Positions 16,671 to 26,100 of a stretch of 32,000 nt of DNA are shown here, piece after piece. This stretch comes from Bacillus subtilis subsp. subtilis str. 168. GTDB taxonomy: Bacteria; Bacillota; Bacilli; Bacillales; Bacillaceae. The translations under genes were made by a program, and so were the position numbers. The DNA lies in contig NC_000964.3 of NCBI RefSeq assembly GCF_000009045.1, forward strand, positions 360,001 through 392,000, read 5' to 3'. The notes beneath the pieces were generated by a model. That model was not told the origin of the DNA, did no database searches, and saw only the letters and a list, made by a program, of their open reading frames with translations. The first letter of the stretch is position 1. Every line of letters begins with the position of its first letter.

Positions 16671-16967
16671 GAACGGTAGAAAGATAAAAAATATTGAAAA
16701 CAATGAATAAATAGCCAAAATTGGTTTCTTATTAGGGTGGGGTCTTGCGGTCTTTATCCGCTTATGTTAAACGCCGCAATGCTGACTGACGGCAGCCTGC
16801 TTTAATAGCGGCCATCTGTTTTTTGATTGGAAGCACTGCTTTTTAAGTGTAGTACTTTGGGCTATTTCGGCTGTTAGTTCATAAGAATTAAAAGCTGATA
16901 TGGATAAGAAAGAGAAAATGCGTTGCACATGTTCACTGCTTATAAAGATTAGGGGAGGTATGACAAT

Positions 16968-19900
16968 ATGGAAATAACTTTTTACCCTTTAACGGATGCA
17001 CAAAAACGAATTTGGTACACAGAAAAATTTTATCCTCACACGAGCATTTCAAATCTTGCGGGGATTGGTAAGCTGGTTTCAGCTGATGCGATTGATTATG
17101 TGCTTGTTGAGCAGGCGATTCAAGAGTTTATTCGCAGAAATGACGCCATGCGCCTTCGGTTGCGGCTAGATGAAAACGGGGAGCCTGTTCAATATATTAG
17201 CGAGTATCGGCCTGTTGATATAAAACATACTGACACTACTGAAGATCCGAATGCGATAGAGTTTATTTCACAATGGAGCCGGGAGGAAACGAAGAAACCT
17301 TTGCCGCTATACGATTGTGATTTGTTCCGTTTTTCCTTGTTCACCATAAAGGAAAATGAAGTGTGGTTTTACGCAAATGTTCATCACGTGATTTCTGATG
17401 GTATCTCCATGAATATTCTCGGGAATGCGATCATGCACATTTATTTAGAATTAGCCAGCGGCTCAGAGACAAAAGAAGGAATCTCGCATTCATTTATCGA
17501 TCATGTTTTATCTGAACAGGAATATGCTCAATCGAAGCGGTTTGAAAAGGACAAGGCGTTTTGGAACAAACAATTTGAATCGGTGCCTGAACTTGTTTCC
17601 TTGAAACGGAATGCATCCGCAGGGGGAAGTTTAGATGCTGAGAGGTTCTCTAAAGATGTGCCTGAAGCGCTTCATCAGCAGATTCTGTCGTTTTGTGAGG
17701 CGAATAAAGTCAGTGTTCTTTCGGTATTTCAATCGCTGCTCGCCGCCTATTTGTACAGGGTCAGCGGCCAGAATGATGTTGTGACGGGAACATTTATGGG
17801 CAACCGGACAAATGCGAAAGAGAAGCAGATGCTTGGCATGTTTGTTTCTACGGTTCCGCTTCGGACAAACATTGACGGCGGGCAGGCGTTTTCAGAATTT
17901 GTCAAAGACCGGATGAAGGATCTGATGAAGACACTTCGCCACCAAAAGTATCCGTATAATCTCCTAATCAACGATTTGCGTGAAACAAAGAGCTCTCTGA
18001 CCAAGCTGTTCACGGTTTCTCTTGAATATCAAGTGATGCAGTGGCAGAAAGAAGAGGATCTTGCCTTTTTGACTGAGCCGATTTTCAGCGGCAGCGGATT
18101 AAATGATGTCTCAATTCATGTAAAGGATCGATGGGATACTGGGAAACTCACCATAGATTTTGATTACCGCACTGATTTATTTTCACGTGAAGAAATCAAC
18201 ATGATTTGTGAGCGCATGATTACCATGCTGGAGAACGCGTTAACGCATCCAGAACATACAATTGATGAATTAACACTGATTTCTGATGCGGAGAAAGAGA
18301 AGCTGCTTGCGAGGGCCGGCGGTAAATCTGTGAGCTACCGTAAGGACATGACGATACCAGAGCTGTTCCAAGAAAAGGCTGAACTGCTTTCTGATCATCC
18401 AGCGGTTGTATTTGAAGATCGCACATTGTCCTATCGAACGTTACATGAGCAATCTGCACGCATCGCCAATGTGCTGAAACAGAAAGGGGTTGGCCCGGAC
18501 AGTCCTGTCGCGGTTTTGATTGAACGCTCTGAACGGATGATTACAGCTATCATGGGAATTTTAAAAGCCGGCGGAGCCTATGTGCCGATTGATCCGGGTT
18601 TTCCTGCTGAGCGCATTCAATATATTTTGGAGGACTGCGGGGCGGATTTCATCCTGACTGAATCGAAGGTTGCGGCGCCTGAAGCCGATGCTGAGCTGAT
18701 TGACTTAGATCAGGCGATTGAGGAAGGTGCAGAAGAAAGCCTGAATGCAGATGTGAACGCTCGGAACCTTGCCTACATTATTTACACATCGGGAACAACC
18801 GGACGCCCGAAAGGCGTTATGATCGAGCATCGCCAGGTTCATCATTTGGTTGAATCTCTGCAGCAGACGATTTATCAAAGCGGCAGCCAAACCCTGCGGA
18901 TGGCATTGCTTGCGCCGTTCCACTTTGATGCGTCAGTGAAGCAGATCTTCGCGTCGCTTCTTTTGGGCCAAACCCTTTATATCGTACCGAAGAAAACAGT
19001 GACGAACGGGGCCGCCCTTACTGCATATTATCGGAAGAACAGCATTGAGGCGACGGACGGAACACCGGCTCATTTGCAAATGCTGGCAGCAGCAGGCGAT
19101 TTTGAAGGCCTAAAACTGAAGCACATGCTGATCGGAGGAGAAGGCCTGTCATCTGTTGTTGCGGACAAGCTGCTGAAGCTGTTTAAAGAAGCCGGCACAG
19201 CGCCGCGTTTGACTAATGTGTACGGGCCGACTGAAACGTGCGTTGACGCGTCTGTTCATCCGGTTATCCCTGAGAATGCAGTTCAATCAGCGTATGTGCC
19301 GATCGGGAAAGCGCTGGGGAATAACCGCTTATATATTTTGGATCAAAAAGGCCGGCTGCAGCCTGAAGGCGTGGCGGGTGAGCTTTATATCGCGGGAGAC
19401 GGTGTGGGCCGAGGCTATTTACATTTGCCTGAATTAACGGAAGAGAAGTTTTTACAAGATCCATTCGTGCCGGGCGATCGCATGTACCGGACCGGGGACG
19501 TGGTGCGCTGGCTTCCAGATGGAACAATCGAATATTTAGGCAGAGAGGATGACCAGGTCAAAGTCCGCGGATACCGGATTGAGCTTGGGGAAATTGAAGC
19601 CGTGATTCAGCAGGCGCCAGACGTTGCAAAAGCCGTTGTTTTGGCACGCCCTGACGAACAGGGAAATCTTGAGGTTTGCGCATATGTTGTGCAGAAGCCT
19701 GGAAGCGAATTTGCGCCAGCCGGTTTGAGGGAGCATGCGGCCAGACAGCTTCCTGACTATATGGTGCCGGCTTACTTTACAGAAGTGACAGAAATTCCGC
19801 TTACACCAAGCGGCAAAGTCGACCGCCGCAAGCTGTTTGCACTAGAGGTGAAGGCTGTCAGCGGCACTGCCTATACAGCGCCGCGAAATGAGACTGAAAA

Positions 19901-20144
19901 AGCAATCGCAGCCATTTGGCAGGACGTGCTGAACGTTGAGAAGGCGGGGATCTTTGACAATTTCTTTGAAACTGGCGGACATTCATTAAAAGCCATGACC
20001 CTTTTAACAAAGATTCATAAGGAAACAGGCATTGAGATTCCGCTTCAATTTTTGTTTGAGCATCCGACGATTACGGCTCTTGCAGAGGAAGCTGATCACA
20101 GAGAAAGCAAAGCTTTTGCGGTGATTGAACCTGCTGAAAAACAG
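16968..20144 (+). other. srfAA module 1: starter (lipo-initiation) C domain - A - T; Glu-activating by established knowledge
   Basis: HHVISDG at 17382-17402; YTSGTTGRPKG at 18783-18815; the carrier GGHS serine codon at 19983-19985. Boundaries are approximate. Confidence 0.8.
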
Positions 20145-23100
20145 GAGCATTACCCGCTTTCATTGGCACAGCAGCGAACATATATCGTCAGCCAGTTCGA
20201 GGATGCGGGAGTCGGCTATAACATGCCAGCAGCAGCAATTCTGGAAGGGCCTTTAGATATTCAAAAGCTGGAGCGCGCATTTCAGGGATTAATCCGACGC
20301 CACGAGTCATTGAGAACATCATTTGTTCTTGAAAACAGCACGCCGAGACAGAAAATTCACGATAGCGTTGATTTCAACATCGAAATGATTGAAAGAGGCG
20401 GCCGCTCAGATGAGGCAATTATGGCTTCATTCGTTCGGACATTTGATTTGGCGAAAGCTCCGCTGTTCAGAATCGGTTTGCTGGGGCTTGAAGAGAACCG
20501 TCATATGCTGCTGTTTGACATGCACCATTTGATTTCTGACGGTGTATCCATTGGCATTATGCTGGAGGAGTTAGCACGCATTTATAAAGGCGAACAGCTT
20601 CCTGATCTTCGTCTCCAGTATAAGGACTACGCTGTATGGCAAAGCAGACAGGCTGCTGAAGGGTACAAGAAGGACCAGGCTTATTGGAAGGAAGTCTTTG
20701 CAGGCGAGCTCCCGGTGCTTCAGCTTCTGTCCGATTACCCAAGACCACCTGTTCAAAGCTTTGAAGGGGATCGGGTGTCAATCAAGCTGGATGCGGGGGT
20801 AAAGGATCGCCTCAATCGTTTGGCTGAACAAAACGGCGCCACTTTATATATGGTGATGCTTTCCGCTTACTATACGCTTTTGTCAAAGTATACGGGGCAG
20901 GATGACATCATTGTCGGGACACCGTCAGCGGGCAGAAATCACTCCGATACAGAGGGCATTATCGGGATGTTCGTCAATACGCTTGCGATTCGCAGTGAGG
21001 TGAAGCAGAATGAGACGTTTACCCAATTGATCTCGCGTGTCCGCAAACGGGTGCTGGATGCCTTTTCTCATCAGGACTATCCGTTTGAGTGGCTTGTTGA
21101 AGATTTGAACATCCCGCGTGATGTTAGCAGGCATCCGCTGTTTGACACGATGTTCAGCCTTCAAAACGCGACAGAGGGCATTCCGGCTGTCGGCGATCTT
21201 TCCTTGTCTGTTCAAGAGACCAATTTCAAGATTGCCAAATTTGATTTGACGGTGCAGGCGAGAGAAACCGATGAAGGCATTGAGATTGATGTGGATTACA
21301 GCACAAAGCTGTTTAAACAAAGCACGGCAGACAGGCTGCTTACGCATTTTGCGCGTTTGCTTGAAGATGCTGCGGCTGATCCAGAGAAGCCGATTTCTGA
21401 GTATAAGCTTCTTTCTGAAGAGGAGGCTGCTTCGCAAATTCAGCAGTTTAACCCGGGCAGAACACCTTATCCGAAAGATAAAACAATTGTTCAGCTGTTT
21501 GAGGAGCAAGCGGCGAATACGCCAGACCACACTGCGCTTCAATATGAAGGCGAATCACTCACTTATCGTGAACTGAATGAACGGGCCAATCGTTTAGCCC
21601 GCGGCATTCTTTCTCTTGGAGCTGGCGAAGGCAGAACTGCGGCTGTCTTATGCGAGCGGTCAATGGATATGATTGTGTCGATCTTGGCAGTATTAAAATC
21701 AGGTTCGGCTTATGTTCCGATCGATCCGGAACATCCGATTCAGCGGATGCAGCATTTCTTCCGTGACAGCGGAGCAAAGGTGCTTCTCACTCAGAGGAAA
21801 TTAAAGGCTTTGGCGGAAGAAGCGGAATTTAAGGGCGTTATCGTGCTAGCCGATGAGGAAGAAAGCTATCATGCCGATGCGCGAAATCTCGCACTGCCTC
21901 TTGATTCTGCAGCAATGGCCAACCTGACGTATACTTCCGGAACGACTGGAACACCTAAGGGGAATATCGTGACACATGCCAATATTCTCCGCACGGTGAA
22001 GGAAACGAATTATCTCAGCATTACAGAACAGGATACGATTCTCGGTCTTTCCAATTACGTGTTTGACGCGTTTATGTTCGATATGTTCGGCTCTTTGTTA
22101 AACGGAGCCAAGCTGGTGCTGATACCGAAGGAAACCGTTTTGGACATGGCTCGCCTGTCCCGCGTCATTGAACGGGAGAACATCAGCATTCTCATGATTA
22201 CAACCGCTTTGTTCCACTTGCTTGTGGACTTGAATCCGGCATGCTTGTCAACGCTTCGCAAGATTATGTTTGGCGGGGAACGGGCTTCGGTTGAGCATGT
22301 CAGAAAAGCTTTGCAAACGGTTGGAAAGGGCAAGCTCCTTCATATGTATGGACCGTCTGAAAGCACGGTTTTCGCGACGTATCATCCGGTTGATGAATTG
22401 GAGGAGCACACGCTGTCTGTTCCGATTGGAAAACCGGTCAGCAATACGGAAGTATACATTCTTGACCGTACGGGACACGTGCAGCCTGCCGGGATTGCCG
22501 GAGAGCTTTGCGTCAGCGGCGAAGGACTCGTGAAAGGCTATTACAACCGTCCAGAACTGACTGAGGAGAAATTTGTTCCCCATCCGTTTACATCCGGCGA
22601 ACGCATGTATAAAACGGGAGACCTTGCGAGATGGCTGCCGAATGGCGACATCGAATTTATCGGGCGAATCGACCATCAGGTGAAGATTCGCGGACAGCGC
22701 ATCGAGCTTGGAGAAATCGAACATCAGCTGCAAACCCATGATCGTGTTCAGGAAAGTGTTGTGCTTGCCGTTGATCAAGGAGCGGGAGATAAACTGTTGT
22801 GTGCTTACTATGTCGGAGAAGGAGACATCTCATCACAAGAGATGAGAGAGCATGCTGCGAAGGACTTGCCGGCATATATGGTTCCTGCGGTGTTTATCCA
22901 AATGGACGAGCTGCCGCTGACAGGGAACGGAAAAATTGACCGGAGAGCGCTGCCGATTCCTGATGCCAACGTTTCAAGAGGTGTTTCATATGTTGCGCCA
23001 CGCAATGGAACGGAACAAAAAGTCGCGGACATTTGGGCACAGGTACTTCAGGCAGAACAAGTCGGCGCTTATGACCACTTCTTTGACATTGGCGGACATT

Positions 23101-26100
23101 CATTAGCAGGCATGAAGATGCTTGCCTTGGTTCATCAGGAACTGGGCGTTGAGCTGTCACTCAAGGATCTCTTCCAGTCACCGACGGTTGAGGGCTTGGC
23201 ACAGGTGATTGCCTCTGCTGAAAAAGGGACAGCCGCAAGTATCAGCCCGGCAGAGAAACAAGATACGTATCCTGTTTCTTCACCGCAAAAACGGATGTAC
23301 GTGCTTCAGCAGCTTGAGGATGCGCAAACGAGCTATAACATGCCGGCGGTTCTGCGCCTGACAGGTGAGCTTGATGTTGAAAGGCTTAACAGCGTCATGC
23401 AGCAGTTAATGCAGCGTCATGAAGCCTTGAGAACCACGTTTGAAATAAAAGATGGAGAAACGGTGCAGCGGATCTGGGAAGAGGCTGAGTGCGAGATAGC
23501 CTATTTCGAAGCCCCGGAAGAAGAGACAGAGCGGATCGTTTCTGAGTTTATTAAGCCTTTCAAAATCGACCAACTTCCACTGTTCAGAATAGGGCTTATC
23601 AAGCATTCAGACACTGAGCATGTGCTGCTGTTCGATATGCATCATATTATTTCTGATGGTGCATCTGTCGGTGTGCTGATTGAGGAGCTTTCAAAGCTGT
23701 ACGACGGAGAAACCCTTGAGCCGCTCCGTATTCAATATAAGGATTATGCCGTGTGGCAGCAGCAGTTCATTCAGTCTGAGCTTTACAAGAAGCAAGAAGA
23801 GCATTGGCTGAAGGAGCTGGACGGAGAGCTGCCGGTGCTGACGCTTCCGACTGATTACAGTCGGCCTGCCGTTCAAACATTTGAGGGAGACCGCATTGCA
23901 TTTTCATTAGAAGCAGGCAAAGCTGATGCTCTGCGCAGGCTTGCAAAAGAAACGGATTCCACGCTTTACATGGTGCTTCTGGCTTCATACAGTGCGTTTT
24001 TATCAAAAATTAGCGGGCAAGACGATATCATCGTCGGTTCACCTGTGGCCGGACGATCTCAAGCGGACGTCAGCCGCGTCATCGGAATGTTCGTCAATAC
24101 ATTGGCGCTGCGCACGTATCCGAAGGGTGAAAAGACGTTTGCTGACTATCTTAACGAAGTGAAAGAAACGGCACTCAGCGCTTTTGATGCGCAGGATTAC
24201 CCACTTGAGGATTTGATCGGAAATGTTCAGGTTCAGCGTGACACAAGCAGAAATCCGTTATTCGATGCAGTTTTTTCAATGCAAAATGCGAATATAAAGG
24301 ATTTAACAATGAAAGGGATTCAGCTTGAGCCGCATCCGTTTGAACGGAAAACAGCCAAGTTTGACCTCACGCTGACGGCTGACGAAACCGACGGAGGGCT
24401 TACATTCGTACTCGAATACAATACAGCTCTGTTTAAGCAGGAAACGATTGAACGATGGAAGCAATATTGGATGGAGCTTTTAGATGCAGTTACTGGGAAC
24501 CCGAACCAGCCGCTTTCCAGCCTGTCACTGGTCACCGAGACAGAAAAGCAAGCGCTTCTTGAGGCATGGAAGGGCAAAGCGCTGCCTGTGCCGACAGACA
24601 AAACGGTTCATCAGCTATTCGAAGAGACTGCCCAGCGCCACAAAGACCGCCCGGCTGTCACATACAACGGCCAGTCTTGGACGTACGGCGAGCTGAATGC
24701 GAAGGCAAACCGTCTCGCGCGGATTCTGATGGACTGCGGCATCAGCCCGGATGACCGCGTCGGCGTTCTCACGAAGCCGTCGCTTGAAATGTCCGCCGCG
24801 GTGCTCGGCGTCTTGAAAGCCGGAGCGGCGTTTGTGCCGATTGATCCTGACTATCCGGATCAGCGGATTGAGTATATTTTACAGGACAGCGGCGCGAAGC
24901 TTCTCTTGAAACAGGAAGGCATTTCAGTGCCGGACAGCTATACGGGAGATGTCATTCTTCTCGACGGAAGCCGCACGATTCTAAGCCTGCCGCTTGATGA
25001 AAACGACGAGGAAAATCCAGAAACCGCTGTAACCGCGGAGAACTTGGCGTACATGATTTACACGTCTGGAACGACCGGACAGCCGAAGGGTGTCATGGTC
25101 GAGCACCATGCGCTTGTGAACCTGTGCTTCTGGCACCACGACGCGTTCAGCATGACAGCGGAGGACCGCAGTGCGAAGTACGCGGGCTTTGGGTTCGACG
25201 CTTCCATTTGGGAGATGTTCCCGACCTGGACGATCGGTGCCGAACTTCACGTCATTGAGGAAGCGATCCGCCTCGATATCGTCCGCCTGAACGATTATTT
25301 TGAAACGAACGGCGTAACGATCACGTTCCTGCCGACACAGCTTGCGGAACAGTTCATGGAGCTTGAGAACACATCACTTCGCGTATTGCTTACTGGAGGA
25401 GACAAGCTGAAGCGCGCAGTGAAAAAGCCGTACACACTCGTCAATAACTACGGGCCGACAGAGAATACGGTCGTTGCCACAAGCGCAGAAATCCATCCGG
25501 AGGAAGGCTCGCTTTCCATCGGAAGGGCCATTGCCAATACGAGAGTATACATTCTCGGCGAGGGCAATCAGGTGCAGCCGGAAGGCGTAGCCGGAGAGCT
25601 TTGCGTGGCGGGGCGCGGACTGGCACGCGGCTATCTGAATCGAGAAGACGAAACCGCGAAGCGGTTTGTCGCTGATCCGTTTGTGCCGGGTGAGCGCATG
25701 TACCGCACCGGCGATTTGGTGAAATGGACGGGCGGCGGCATCGAATACATCGGCCGGATCGACCAGCAGGTCAAGGTCCGCGGCTACCGGATCGAGCTCT
25801 CAGAAATTGAAGTCCAGCTCGCCCAGCTTTCTGAGGTGCAGGATGCGGCGGTGACAGCTGTCAAAGATAAAGGCGGCAACACAGCGATCGCGGCGTATGT
25901 CACACCGGAATCAGCTGACATAGAAGCACTGAAATCAGCACTGAAGGAAACCCTGCCGGATTACATGATCCCGGCGTTCTGGGTGACGCTGAACGAGCTT
26001 CCGGTTACGGCAAACGGCAAAGTGGACCGCAAAGCCTTGCCTGAGCCGGACATCGAAGCGGGAAGCGGAGAATACAAAGCGCCGACGACCGACATGGAAG

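Noticed and set aside
16158-16718. 186-aa minus-strand ORF spanning the hxlR 3-prime half, its terminator and the ComA boxes.
   Set aside because: It is antisense to the well-supported hxlR CDS and runs through a terminator and AT-rich promoter DNA. The product is Phe/Ile/Lys-rich junk with no motif and no SD.
16900-16977. Small upstream ORF (25 codons from ATG 16900, or 19 from ATG 16918) that overlaps the srfAA SD and start codon.
   Set aside because: There is no credible SD before either ATG (only an A-rich tract). Short open frames of this length are expected by chance in AT-rich leaders. It is noted only because an overlap with the srfAA start could in principle affect translation.
20925-21542. 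Long antisense or off-frame ORFs inside srfAA/srfAB: 20925-21542 (205 aa), 22248-22778 (176 aa), 25935-26534 (199 aa), 26575-26997 (140 aa), 28782-29282 (166 aa), 30663-31052 (129 aa) and 31540-31854 (104 aa).
   Set aside because: All lie entirely within the strongly supported NRPS frame. Their products are Arg/Ser/Cys/Leu-rich and low in complexity, typical of off-frame translation. I found no convincing SD plus start combination like the one at comS. They are best explained by codon bias that suppresses stops in alternative frames.
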